The notes under the pieces are model-generated. The model made no database searches. It had not been told where the DNA came from and saw only the letters and a list, made by a program, of their open reading frames with translations. Position numbers and translations under genes: made by a program. From IMG/VR virus record IMGVR_UViG_3300037511_000247, positions 1 through 39,274 of that record: a stretch of DNA of 39,274 nt; one strand, given 5' to 3'. Positions within the stretch are counted from its first letter, which is position 1. Each line of letters opens with the position of its first letter. The stretch is from a virus. Of the stretch, positions 31,232-39,092 are shown in pieces.

Positions 31232-32655
31232 CAGACGATTCCTTTGGTGTTAAAGCTGTTGTCGATCTTCGGGCCCCAGCCGGTGCTGTTGGACACCTTG
31301 TCCTTGCCCATCGCAGCGGTGCGGAAAGCATCAGCGCCGTGGCTGTTTTCGTCGTGTCGCGGCTCATTGCTGTAGACGTTGCGCTTTTCGTTGAACTCGC
31401 GGCGGTAGCGCTCAAGACGCCTGCGCCCGTCCGCGGTGCGCTTCTTGTCAAACCAAGACGTTCCCAGCAGCGTGCGGACCGCCTCTATGCCGTCGCCCAG
31501 GTGATGCTGCCCAAGAACCGTTGGAGCGGTACCGGTGAGCTTTTCCCAGGTGTCGCAGCGCCGCTGGGCGTTATCGTCCTTTGTGTCCTCAGCCTGCGCC
31601 GACATATCCCGGGCGCTGCCGTCGTGCGGCCAGACCACCGTGCCGAGCTTGTAGTTACGTTCCTTGCGGCGCTCCTCCAGCACGTTGGCGTAGTGCTGCA
31701 GGTTCTTCCCCCGGTTCTCGTAGTAGTCGATCCAGCGCCACTGACCGGCCGATCCCTGACCGAACCAAATCGCCATGTCGTCGCTGACACCCAGGTCCCA
31801 GAAGGTGTGGACGGGCAACGCGGGGTCCACAGCGATATCGAGGACGCGGCCTTGGCTGTTCGCCGTCGCCATTTCTTCGGCGTAGTAGGCGCCCTCCATC
31901 GGCAGCGTCCCGTATTCAGCGCCCAGGTAGACCTTGATCCAGTCGTCCCGCTTCCCGACCAGCTGGTCCGCGTAATAGCCGGGCGTCAGGTTCTGCATGT
32001 TCTCGGCAGTCGGGTTCGGCACCCAGCGCCCTTCCAGCCGCATGACGCCGCCGGGTTGCTTGAAGAACTCCCAGCCCTCGGCGTTGCTCTCGGCGAGGCC
32101 GTGTATCCAGTGGTCCTCGTCCGGAAAGTTCGTATCTGCCCAAAGGCCGGTCCAGGATGGGCCGCCGTCCTTCATCGCGGGATAGCGTCCCAGCCGCCCG
32201 TCGCCGGCTTCTACCAGCGCCTGGCGCAGCTCACGCACCTCGTTGAAGTAAATCCCCGTGACTTCCAGGGAGAGAAATTTCTTGGCGTCCGCTTCCTTAT
32301 CCATCGCAAGGAAGAGGACTTCTGAATCAACCGTGGTCCCGTCGGCGAGGCCGAACTTCAGCCGGTGTTCGAAGGGCGCGGCCTCAACGAACTGGCCGAA
32401 ATGGTCACCGACCCAGGCCCGCCAGGTCTTAACCGTGGTGTGCTTTAGCTCCGGGTAGCTGTTTCGAATGACGGCGAACCGTGTCCGCCGAATGTTATCC
32501 CGCGGCGATGGCCGCTGTTCGACGGCCCGCGCTATGACGTCCATACACGACGCAACAGACTTGCCGGAGCCGAACGGCCCCATGATCACCCGGCGGCGTG
32601 CGTTGCTGCGCAGGTAGGCGCTGCAGACAGGCCCCGCCGACGAATAATCAATCAC
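31231..32655 (-). CDS. terL: Terminase large subunit
   Basis: 474 aa. Walker A is GPFGSGKS near the N-terminus. Its start forms an ATGA overlap with the terS stop. Confidence 0.88.
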   Translation of the reverse strand: MIDYSSAGPVCSAYLRSNARRRVIMGPFGSGKSVASCMDVIARAVEQRPSPRDNIRRTRFAVIRNSYPELKHTTVKTWRAWVGDHFGQFVEAAPFEHRLKFGLADGTTVDSEVLFLAMDKEADAKKFLSLEVTGIYFNEVRELRQALVEAGDGRLGRYPAMKDGGPSWTGLWADTNFPDEDHWIHGLAESNAEGWEFFKQPGGVMRLEGRWVPNPTAENMQNLTPGYYADQLVGKRDDWIKVYLGAEYGTLPMEGAYYAEEMATANSQGRVLDIAVDPALPVHTFWDLGVSDDMAIWFGQGSAGQWRWIDYYENRGKNLQHYANVLEERRKERNYKLGTVVWPHDGSARDMSAQAEDTKDDNAQRRCDTWEKLTGTAPTVLGQHHLGDGIEAVRTLLGTSWFDKKRTADGRRRLERYRREFNEKRNVYSNEPRHDENSHGADAFRTAAMGKDKVSNSTGWGPKIDNSFNTKGIV

Positions 32656-33026
32656 TTGCGAATATTGATCGCGACGCCCTTCAGGGTGTGCTCGCTGCGC
32701 TCAACGAACATGCCCTGATGCTTGCCCAGAAGTTCCCAAGCGCGGATGCGGGCCGAAGACGGACCGTTATCCTCCGTCGTCAGCCGCGTTTCGGCGAGCA
32801 GCCCGTTTAGGACCATTTCCTGACTGAGATCCAGCTTGGCGGCGGCCTTCTCTTGGCCCCTTGCGACGGCCGCCTGAACGTCAGCATTGGTTAACAGGCG
32901 TGATCCCTGCGCCTTTGCCGTCTTGGCGCTGTATCCGGCGCGGATCGCAGCCTGGGTGGCGTTGAGGTCGATCAGGTATTCTTTGACGAACCGCGCTTGT
33001 TTAGGCGTCAGCTTTCCGCCCGACAT
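32652..33026 (-). CDS. terS: Terminase small subunit (P27/Terminase_2 type)
   Basis: 124 aa. LTPKQARFVKEYLIDLNATQAAIRAGYSAKTAKAQGSRLLTNADVQAAV is the family signature. Confidence 0.85.
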   Translation of the reverse strand: MSGGKLTPKQARFVKEYLIDLNATQAAIRAGYSAKTAKAQGSRLLTNADVQAAVARGQEKAAAKLDLSQEMVLNGLLAETRLTTEDNGPSSARIRAWELLGKHQGMFVERSEHTLKGVAINIRK

Positions 33027-33211
33027 TGGAGAACCTTGTTCTTTGCCATTTCCTGGCGGATTTCAGCGAGTTGGACCGGAGAACAGACCTTCAGCAGGAC
33101 GAATTCCAGTCGCAGGATGTCGTCGTTCAGGTCTTTGCCCCAGTTGTTGGGCATCACGTCGCCCGTCGCTCGAAGCAGGAAACCCATGAATGGCGACAGG
33201 CTGTTGGCCAC
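33008..33211 (-). CDS. Hypothetical small protein
   Basis: 67 aa from GTG 33211. Alternative starts are ATG 33253 or ATG 33187. It overlaps the terS start by 19 nt. Confidence 0.4.
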   Translation of the reverse strand: MANSLSPFMGFLLRATGDVMPNNWGKDLNDDILRLEFVLLKVCSPVQLAEIRQEMAKNKVLQCRAES

Positions 33212-33215
33212 TAGG

Positions 33216-33395
33216 TCAGTCCCACTCGAAAATCGTTCCGTTCCCGGCCTCATTGCGGCGGGAGTAGTAGTTGGCGCCCGGCGGCATCCCCTTCCGGATC
33301 GCTATGCCCACCATCGCCTCGCCGAAATCTTTGGTGCTCAAGCCCGGTGCACGGGGTGCTTCATCATCCCAGACCGTGACGCTTTCGCGGGCCAC
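33216..33395 (-). CDS. 59-aa GTG-start ORF missed by the ORF track
   Basis: VARESVTVWDDEAPRAPGLSTKDFGEAMVGIAIRKGMPPGANYYSRRNEAGNGTIFEWD, translated by hand. The GTG immediately follows the upstream TAG. It fills an otherwise unexplained 140-nt gap. Confidence 0.45.
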   Translation of the reverse strand: MARESVTVWDDEAPRAPGLSTKDFGEAMVGIAIRKGMPPGANYYSRRNEAGNGTIFEWD

Positions 33396-33638
33396 CTAGC
33401 CCCCAATGAAACGCTTGCTCATGCCGGCGGCCATCTTGGCCAGGCCATCGTCCTTGGCCTTGCGGCGTTGGATCGGGTTCTGGGGCTTCTGCCCGCCGCC
33501 GAAGTGCTTGCTGGTCTTCAGCGCGGGGTCGATCTTCTCAGCCTTGGGCATGGCCGGCATAGCGGCCTTTGCCTTGGCGGCCGCCATCTTGGCTTTGCCG
33601 ACGGCTGCTTTGGGGTTCAGAGCTTTGGTGACCGGCAT
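33396..33638 (-). CDS. Lys/Ala-rich basic small protein
   Basis: 80 aa containing KAAVGKAKMAAAKAKAAMPAMPKAEK. Its start shares one base with the upstream stop. Confidence 0.5.
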   Translation of the reverse strand: MPVTKALNPKAAVGKAKMAAAKAKAAMPAMPKAEKIDPALKTSKHFGGGQKPQNPIQRRKAKDDGLAKMAAGMSKRFIGG

Positions 33639-33832
33639 TATGCGCTCTCCGATGGGTAGGCCTGCCCATGCGCGACAGCGCGCGGGATACAGACGGTTAC
33701 CAAGTCTTGGGGCCGGAAACCGGTTTTCGTGATCAGGGTCGCATCGTCAATCTGGCCCATATGCCAGAGCTGCGCCCAATCGACCGTGTCGCCGACAAGG
33801 AAGCGGTGCCGGAGATCCACGATATCTGGCAT
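33638..33832 (-). CDS. Hypothetical protein, first gene after the early/late terminator
   Basis: 64 aa with GAGG 7 nt upstream of the ATG. The terminator U-tract ends 16 nt upstream. Confidence 0.5.
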   Translation of the reverse strand: MPDIVDLRHRFLVGDTVDWAQLWHMGQIDDATLITKTGFRPQDLVTVCIPRAVAHGQAYPSESA

Positions 33833-33848
33833 CCGGCCGCCTCAAATG

Positions 33849-33876
33849 AAAAAGCCCCGCGGGAACCCTGCGGGGC
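33849..33876 (-). terminator. Intrinsic terminator separating the replication/early genes from the packaging/late genes
   Basis: Minus-strand reading is GCCCCGC-AGGGTTCCC-GCGGGGC followed by TTTTTCATTT. The 7-bp GC stem has 2 extra inner pairs. Confidence 0.7.
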
Positions 33877-33882
33877 GCAACT

Positions 33883-33892
33883 GTTCGGACAT
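33883..33892 (-). promoter_or_regulatory. Isolated copy of the iteron motif ATGTCCGAAC, just upstream of the terminator hairpin on the minus strand
   Basis: The plus strand reads GTTCGGACAT. This is identical as a 10-mer to the iterons at 36057-36066 and 36082-36091, but in the opposite orientation. Confidence 0.5.
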
Positions 33893-33945
33893 TACCGAAA
33901 AAGAGTCTCCAATTACGACGGCAAAAGGTCAAGCAGATATTTTCC

Positions 33946-34605
33946 CTATGCCGTTGCGGACGGTTTTTGTCGGCGCGCTTGCGCCTCGCGCTTTCGTGCG
34001 AGGTAAATGCGACGGCGTTCACGCGCGAGAAGGCGCAGGCCGGCGCGCAGCCGCGGCAGGTACCAAGCCTCGATCATCTTGTCATCGACGCACACCCGCC
34101 AGACGGCGTTAAAGGCGTTGCGGTCGAACTTGGTCAGAAGGTTGGCCATGTCCCGATAGACCGGGTCCATAACCTCTTGGTCATCATCCGCCGGCGGGCC
34201 GCCGCTGACCGCGATTAGGCTTTCCAACACGCTCCTGGCGCTCGAGCGGCCATAGGCGACGCCAAAGGCGTATCGGAAATAAATCCCGGCCTGATGCAAC
34301 TCCTTGGCCCGCTCGGGGTCCGGCGACAGCAGGCCGCGCGCCATAAGCACGCCGAGAGGGGACTGTGCCAGGGTCAGGTCAGCGTCGGGATTCGTGCCGT
34401 CCGTCAACCTGAGCACGATGGGACGGCCGGACCCGTCAGCACCCTCCACCTCTACCGGCTTACCGCCCAGGGCGCGGATGCGCTTTTCCTGCGTTTCGAG
34501 CGTCCCGAAGTCCTGGCCCGTCTTGGCCTTTCGCTTGCGGCCGCCCCTGTGAATCCTGACCTTCTTTCGACCCATGTTTAGCTCCACAACCGCAATAGCA
34601 CCCAT
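33946..34605 (-). CDS. Hypothetical 219-aa protein, last gene before the early/late terminator (Q-like position)
   Basis: AGGAG lies 6 nt upstream of ATG 34605. The N-terminus is basic (GRKKVRIHRGGRKRKAKTGQ). No motif recognised, so the Q-like label rests on position only. Confidence 0.6.
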   Translation of the reverse strand: MGAIAVVELNMGRKKVRIHRGGRKRKAKTGQDFGTLETQEKRIRALGGKPVEVEGADGSGRPIVLRLTDGTNPDADLTLAQSPLGVLMARGLLSPDPERAKELHQAGIYFRYAFGVAYGRSSARSVLESLIAVSGGPPADDDQEVMDPVYRDMANLLTKFDRNAFNAVWRVCVDDKMIEAWYLPRLRAGLRLLARERRRIYLARKREAQARRQKPSATA

Positions 34606-34607
34606 GA

Positions 34608-34934
34608 CTAACTCCTGCCTCTCGTTGCAGATTTTGTAAGTGCTGCAATCTCCTGCACGTAATCGGTGATCTTTTCGGCTTCGTCGGGCTTCAGCCGCGC
34701 CTGGCGGACCAAGATCGCCAACTGGTTCTCGGCGCGGTCGGAACTGCGGTCGATGCTGGACAGCGTGTAGCCCTCGCGCGCATCCCGGCGGGTTTTGATC
34801 CAGGGTGTACGGGCCAACACCGTCACCGTCGCCGTCACCTGGGCGCCCAGCCGCGCGGCGAGCTCGGCAATTTGGCGAACAGCCTCCGGTCCGCCGCTGA
34901 CGCGCAGGGTGACGTCATTGATGGGTTTGGCCAT
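34608..34934 (-). CDS. Hypothetical protein
   Basis: 108 aa from ATG 34934, which shares one base with the upstream stop. Confidence 0.5.
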   Translation of the reverse strand: MAKPINDVTLRVSGGPEAVRQIAELAARLGAQVTATVTVLARTPWIKTRRDAREGYTLSSIDRSSDRAENQLAILVRQARLKPDEAEKITDYVQEIAALTKSATRGRS

Positions 34935-35224
34935 CAGCTCGCCACCAGCGTCATCACGACGGGCCCGGACCAAATATCCGGCGCAGCCCCGTATTCGTCT
35001 GCAAGGAGCCGCACCAGATCGGCGGGAACGTCGGCAATCTTGCGGCCATCCTCCCCCCGTATGCGGATGGTTTCCCGGTCCGCCCTCAGCTCAACCACGA
35101 ACCGGTCGCCGACTTTGAGGTCAGGGAGCGTGAAAGCCTTGGCCGCAGGGGTGGGAAGCGCCGATGACGCGGCGGCGGCCGCCAGGAACGCGAGAAACCC
35201 GCGGCGGGAAATGCTCATGGTCAT
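34934..35224 (-). CDS. Small secreted protein with twin-arginine (Tat) signal peptide
   Basis: 96 aa from ATG 35224. MTMSISRRGFLAFLAAAAASSALPTPAAKA-F contains the SRRxFL consensus, an h-region and an AxA-like cleavage site. Its start forms an ATGA overlap with the upstream gene. Confidence 0.6.
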   Translation of the reverse strand: MTMSISRRGFLAFLAAAAASSALPTPAAKAFTLPDLKVGDRFVVELRADRETIRIRGEDGRKIADVPADLVRLLADEYGAAPDIWSGPVVMTLVAS

Positions 35225-35403
35225 TTGCACTGCTCCTTGAGGGATTGCGCCCGGCAGGCACAGAAATATTGGCCGAACAGGATCTTTCCTCCTGCTATGG
35301 CCGCCATATACGATTGGCAGTACCCAGACTCTTGGCAAAGTCTGCGGGCCTCAGCAGTTTTAGGTTTGTCCTGATGCGCTGTGGTGGACTCACCTATTGT
35401 CAT
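35221..35403 (-). CDS. Cys-rich 60-aa protein
   Basis: MTIGESTT...RRLCQESGYCQSYMAAIAGGKILFGQYFCACRAQSLKEQCK has 5 Cys. AAGGA lies upstream of ATG 35403. Confidence 0.5.
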   Translation of the reverse strand: MTIGESTTAHQDKPKTAEARRLCQESGYCQSYMAAIAGGKILFGQYFCACRAQSLKEQCK

Positions 35404-35513
35404 GCAGTTTTCCTTGCTAGCTGCTGGGAGAGGCAACGAGCACAATGCGTGCGCCCAGGCTGGCGGGTGTCCTTGATTCCGTGGGCTTTGGCGAAGGAGT
35501 CAGCGAGGCTCAT

Positions 35514-35696
35514 TTAGGCCACCCTCGTTACGAGGCCGCCGCGCCACTCAAACACGAGACCCTTCTGCCGACGCAGGCGGTTTACGATCCCACGGTAAGT
35601 GTCATGATTCATTCCCTTTAGGTCGATCTGCTCGCCCACCAAAAGCTTGGCCAGCTTGTAAGTCCAGAACCCGTACGGTTTTCTCCCGCTTGCCAT
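35514..35696 (-). CDS. Hypothetical small basic protein
   Basis: 60 aa from ATG 35696, starting MASGRKPYGFWTYKLAKLLVGEQ. Confidence 0.5.
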   Translation of the reverse strand: MASGRKPYGFWTYKLAKLLVGEQIDLKGMNHDTYRGIVNRLRRQKGLVFEWRGGLVTRVA

Positions 35697-35700
35697 GGCG

Positions 35701-35886
35701 TCACCCCTCCGAGGTCCGCGACCGGTCATCCAGACGGCGTGGCGTCACCCGGCGCTCAGCGGCGTCGCCAAGGGCGGCTAAAAGCACACGGCGCATGTTG
35801 TGGGTTGCGCTCCCGCTCTGCGTCCAGCCGGCCTCAGTGACGGCGCGCTGGACCATCTCATCGGTTAGGGGGATTCGGTATTTCAT
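35701..35886 (-). CDS. Ribbon-helix-helix (Arc/CopG-like) DNA-binding protein candidate
   Basis: 61 aa with GGAGG 5 nt upstream. MKYRIPLTDEMVQRAVTEAGWTQSGSATHNMRRVLLAAL fits a beta strand, helix A, a G-x-S/T turn, then helix B. It lies directly downstream of the iteron array. Confidence 0.45.
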   Translation of the reverse strand: MKYRIPLTDEMVQRAVTEAGWTQSGSATHNMRRVLLAALGDAAERRVTPRRLDDRSRTSEG

Positions 35887-35954
35887 GCGGCCCTCCGGTC
35901 AGCATTGGTCAACAGGCAGCGCGCCCCGATCACCGGCACGGTGGTGGGTGGCCG

Positions 35955-36151
35955 TGTCCGAAGGCCGACCACCACCCCCGAAGGGGGTGAGTTCTTGTGC
36001 GGTGTGCGAAGTGATGGAAAATCAACAGGTTGGCGGCATGTCCGAAGTGTCCGAATATGTCCGAACAACACCACCCCTAGTATGTCCGAACCTACATATA
36101 TGGTGTTCGAACACTGATTACATTGTTCGAACATAGTTGGAAGTGTCAGAA
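35955..36151. repeat. Iteron array (candidate replication origin and/or regulator-binding array)
   Basis: TGTCCGAA at 35955, 36039, 36048, 36058 and 36083. Palindromic variants are GTGTTCGAACAC (36103-36114) and TGTTCGAACA (36124-36133). A degenerate TGTCAGAA lies at 36144. An AT-rich patch CCTACATATATGG and the GC hairpin CACCCCC-GAA-GGGGGTG (35973-35989) are also present. Confidence 0.7.
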
Positions 36152-36153
36152 CT

Positions 36154-37407
36154 TCAGGCATCGTTGCCGCCTTTTGCTGTTCCGATTTTCTTCACCGCCA
36201 CCACCCCGTCGCGCTCGATGGCGTCCGCGCTCTCCTTCGGCACCACGAGGGTTCGCTGCTTCGAGGGTGGCCCGATCTTGACCAGCCTCAGTTCACCGGC
36301 CGCGACCATGCGCGACATGGCCGGCGCCAAATCGGTGACCTTCAGACCTTCGGCCCAACCGTTCGCAGCCACCAGCTTGGGGGCGTACAGCTCACGGGCG
36401 CGGTCGGACGGACTGGGCTCGTAACCCAAGGCGACGGCCTTCTGCAGGCCGGAGAGCATGACCCGCTCCGCCTTGTCCTTACGCAGGCCCTTGAAGATGC
36501 CCGTGGGCTCAGCGTCGGCATGGAAGACGCCATCGCGCCAAGTCACCTCGATCTTTTCGCCGACGCGACCGTAATTGGCCTTGGCGAGGCGGATGGTGCG
36601 GGCATCGGGATTAAGGTCTTCGGGGTCGCTGACATGGATCACCGAACGCACGCCGGCATGCCAGGAGGTCGAACCGGAGGTGGGGTTCTTCGGATCTTGG
36701 CCGCTCGACTTGGACGGGTGCGCAAGGAGGACGACGGACCCAGCTATCTCGGTAGCGAGGTCCGTCAACATGGCGCAGAACCGGCGGGCGTGGGTGCGGT
36801 CGTTCTCGTTGCCGTCGAAAATGCCGTGGAGGGCATCAAGGACGACAAATCCAACTTCCCGTTCAGCGCACAGCCCCCGCAGCTCGTGGTAAATATGGGT
36901 GATCTGAGCTTCGCCGTTGTTGCGGTCAAACCTGGCCATGGCCGTGTCCTCGCGAACCATGGGTACCGGCAAGAAGCCTTTGAGGTCTGACAGCGACACG
37001 CCAAGGCTTTGGGCAATCTTGGCCGCCCTGATGTGGCAAACGGCCGGCGGGTCCTCTGTCAAGAAGGCCAGGGAATTGGCCTTCATCGTCGGCAGGCCCA
37101 GCCAGGGAATGCCCAGCGTGGCGCTGGCGCACATCTGCATGCCCAGGGTGGACTTGCCGCCGCCACCAATCCCCGCCATCAACGCCGCGGCATATCGGGC
37201 TACCCAACCCTCAACGGTAAACTCCATCTTTGGGAGCGGCTGGCCGTCCAGCGCCGCGAGGTCCATGACGTGACCGCGCAAGGAATTGGGCTGGGTCTTT
37301 AGCAACCGGATTTCCTGAGCCCTCCGGCCTGCGGGCGTCGAAATGTCCACGGGCTCGAAGGATTCCACCGAACCGGCGGACGTGATGTCGTCGGACTTGC
37401 TTACCAT
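36154..37407 (-). CDS. RepA/AAA_25-like replicative ATPase (helicase-like)
   Basis: 417 aa from ATG 37407, which shares one base with the primase TGA. Walker A is GIGGGGKST. Walker B-like VVLDALH and LLAHPSKSS follow. The 519-aa ORF-track version is over-extended. Confidence 0.75.
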   Translation of the reverse strand: MVSKSDDITSAGSVESFEPVDISTPAGRRAQEIRLLKTQPNSLRGHVMDLAALDGQPLPKMEFTVEGWVARYAAALMAGIGGGGKSTLGMQMCASATLGIPWLGLPTMKANSLAFLTEDPPAVCHIRAAKIAQSLGVSLSDLKGFLPVPMVREDTAMARFDRNNGEAQITHIYHELRGLCAEREVGFVVLDALHGIFDGNENDRTHARRFCAMLTDLATEIAGSVVLLAHPSKSSGQDPKNPTSGSTSWHAGVRSVIHVSDPEDLNPDARTIRLAKANYGRVGEKIEVTWRDGVFHADAEPTGIFKGLRKDKAERVMLSGLQKAVALGYEPSPSDRARELYAPKLVAANGWAEGLKVTDLAPAMSRMVAAGELRLVKIGPPSKQRTLVVPKESADAIERDGVVAVKKIGTAKGGNDA

Positions 37408-38459
37408 CACGCCGCGCGCTCCTGGGCAACGCGGTTCCAGTCCTTGCCGGCCGGCGGAGTAAGGATGTCCACGCCGCGGCCCTCGCGATACCAACGGCTG
37501 GCGCAGTTGCGAGCGGCCTCCTGCCCCCTGCCTCGGTCGTCGGCGTCGGCAAAGATGGTGAGGCGTTCCACACCGTCGATTACGGGGAAGGCTTCGACGC
37601 CGCCGGCACTCAGCGCGCACCAAACCGGGCGCCAGCCACTCGCCATCATGGTAGTGCCGTTCTCGATACCCTCGGAAATGCCGAGGCCGGTAGTTACGTC
37701 TTCCGGCGGGCAAAGCATGATCGCCGCACCCTCCTGGGGACCCAGCATCTTCTTGCCCAACACCTTGTCCCGACCGGTGCCGTCTCGTAGGAGAGCGGTC
37801 CTATGGATGCCTTGAGGCTTCCCGGTGATGATGTTGCGCATCAGACCCACCATCGCCGGCGCGCGGATCAGCTGGTCTTGGCGGTCCTTGCCCATCGGAC
37901 AGTTGGGATGGAAACGCAGATCGTTGACCGTCTCGGGCCAGGCGCAGCGGTGCCGCAGGTAGGCCTCTGCCAGCGAACCGGCAATGTCGGTACATTCCGC
38001 CCAGGTGCGTAATGCGAGGTCAGTGAAGTCTTTGTTTGACGCCTTGCGCGCGACCGGAGATGTCCGCCGGACTATGGGCCGTTCCTCGATCTTTCCGCCG
38101 AACCACTGGATCGCCCAATCCATGGCGTCCCTGGTACTACCTCCAAGACAGCGCTGGACCAGCCAAAGAGCGTCGCCGCCCTTCCGCTGCTCGTGGTCGT
38201 AGCAGGACCCCTGCTTGGCGCCGGCCACCATTATGGAGAAGGAACCCTTCTTGCCGTAGCGCCAATCTATGCGGGTCGAGAAATGAGAGTTGGGCTCGCC
38301 CAGGAGATGGGTAGCGGTGCGAACGATGTCTTTGCCGAGCTTTTCAGCCAGATCCCGTGCCGATGGTGCGGGAGCGCCTTGGACGCGGGAACGGGGCCGT
38401 GTGCCGCTGCTACGGTGGTCGCTCACGAGATATCCCTTAAACGGCACCGTCCATCCCAT
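37407..38459 (-). CDS. DNA primase, Toprim domain with P4-alpha/TraC-like N-terminal region
   Basis: 350 aa. The N-terminus reads GSCYDHEQRKGGDALWLV. Toprim acidic motifs are ISEGIENG and IFADADDRGRGQEAA. Confidence 0.7.
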   Translation of the reverse strand: MGWTVPFKGYLVSDHRSSGTRPRSRVQGAPAPSARDLAEKLGKDIVRTATHLLGEPNSHFSTRIDWRYGKKGSFSIMVAGAKQGSCYDHEQRKGGDALWLVQRCLGGSTRDAMDWAIQWFGGKIEERPIVRRTSPVARKASNKDFTDLALRTWAECTDIAGSLAEAYLRHRCAWPETVNDLRFHPNCPMGKDRQDQLIRAPAMVGLMRNIITGKPQGIHRTALLRDGTGRDKVLGKKMLGPQEGAAIMLCPPEDVTTGLGISEGIENGTTMMASGWRPVWCALSAGGVEAFPVIDGVERLTIFADADDRGRGQEAARNCASRWYREGRGVDILTPPAGKDWNRVAQERAA

Positions 38460-38541
38460 AGCAGGCGGAGCCGGAACAAAATCGAATCGTTGTCGTTGGT
38501 CTCAGCGTCAGCGGCGCAATTCGGCCGCCGTCGAACTCAGT

Positions 38542-38688
38542 TCAAATTTTTTTAATCGCCTCAAGGTCACGCTTCGCAGCGTCCGCCATCGGAATGCCGA
38601 CCTCCGATCCAAGCCATGCTAGGCGCAGACCGACCCACAAACGGATCAATGCCCAGCGGCGGCGCGCTAAGCGTTTGAAGATTTCCAT
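38542..38688 (-). CDS. Small amphipathic/membrane-like protein
   Basis: 48 aa from ATG 38688, or 61 aa from ATG 38727. Sequence contains WALIRLWVGLRLAWLGSEVGI. Confidence 0.35.
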   Translation of the reverse strand: MEIFKRLARRRWALIRLWVGLRLAWLGSEVGIPMADAAKRDLEAIKKI

Positions 38689-39020
38689 GCGTTCAATTTC
38701 TTCCGGTAAATTTCGAGATCGGCGCACATCTGCCGTTCCTTCCGCTCAAGCACGGCGGCGTAACGGTCGGCCATGGTGGTGAAGATGTGGGTGGGGATGT
38801 TCTTCACCTCGCCGTAGCGGATGCGCTTCGCGAGGCCGAAGGGGATGCCAAGGGCTTTAGACGCGCTGCGGAGGCGGTCTTTCACGCTCTCCCCTTCCCC
38901 GGCGTCGTTGAGGAAGTCGCGGGCGGTCTCAATCACGTTGTCGGCGGTCATGTCCACGCTGACCACCCGGACCGGTTTTCCGGACCACAGACGAAAATTC
39001 CGCATTTCGGAAAGCTCCAT
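38667..39020 (-). CDS. Hypothetical early protein with possible HTH (cII-like position after cro)
   Basis: 117 aa from ATG 39020. The ORF track starts it at TTG 39080, and ATG 39005 is also possible. ASKALGIPFGLAKRIRYGE is HTH-like. Confidence 0.5.
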   Translation of the reverse strand: MELSEMRNFRLWSGKPVRVVSVDMTADNVIETARDFLNDAGEGESVKDRLRSASKALGIPFGLAKRIRYGEVKNIPTHIFTTMADRYAAVLERKERQMCADLEIYRKKLNAWKSSNA

Positions 39021-39067
39021 GCACGATAAAGGACGTGCCTGTTCAGTGAGCTTTTCGAACCCGCAAG

Positions 39068-39092
39068 ACCGCCGCGCCAACGGCGGTTTTTG
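39068..39092 (+). terminator. Plus-strand intrinsic terminator facing the early minus-strand operon
   Basis: ACCGCCG (39068-39074), loop CGCCAA, CGGCGGT (39081-39087), then TTTTTGCTTCT. There is no credible plus-strand CDS upstream. Confidence 0.55.

Noticed and set aside
33904-33932. Late promoter TTGACC-N17-GAGACT on the minus strand
   Set aside because: The -35 is good, but the best -10 at 17-nt spacing matches TATAAT at only 3 of 6 positions. It is kept as context in the checkpoint finding and is not called as a feature.
35955-36151. Possible CRISPR-like array
   Set aside because: The repeats are only 8-12 bp with 1-17 bp between them. This is far from CRISPR repeat/spacer dimensions and is consistent with iterons.
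35883-36161. 92-aa minus-strand ORF and 70-aa plus-strand ORF (35905-36117) across the iteron region
   Set aside because: Their peptide repeats (for example VRSVRI, MSE) simply mirror the DNA iterons. The plus-strand ORF has a TTG start, neither has an RBS, and the region is better explained as noncoding repeat DNA.
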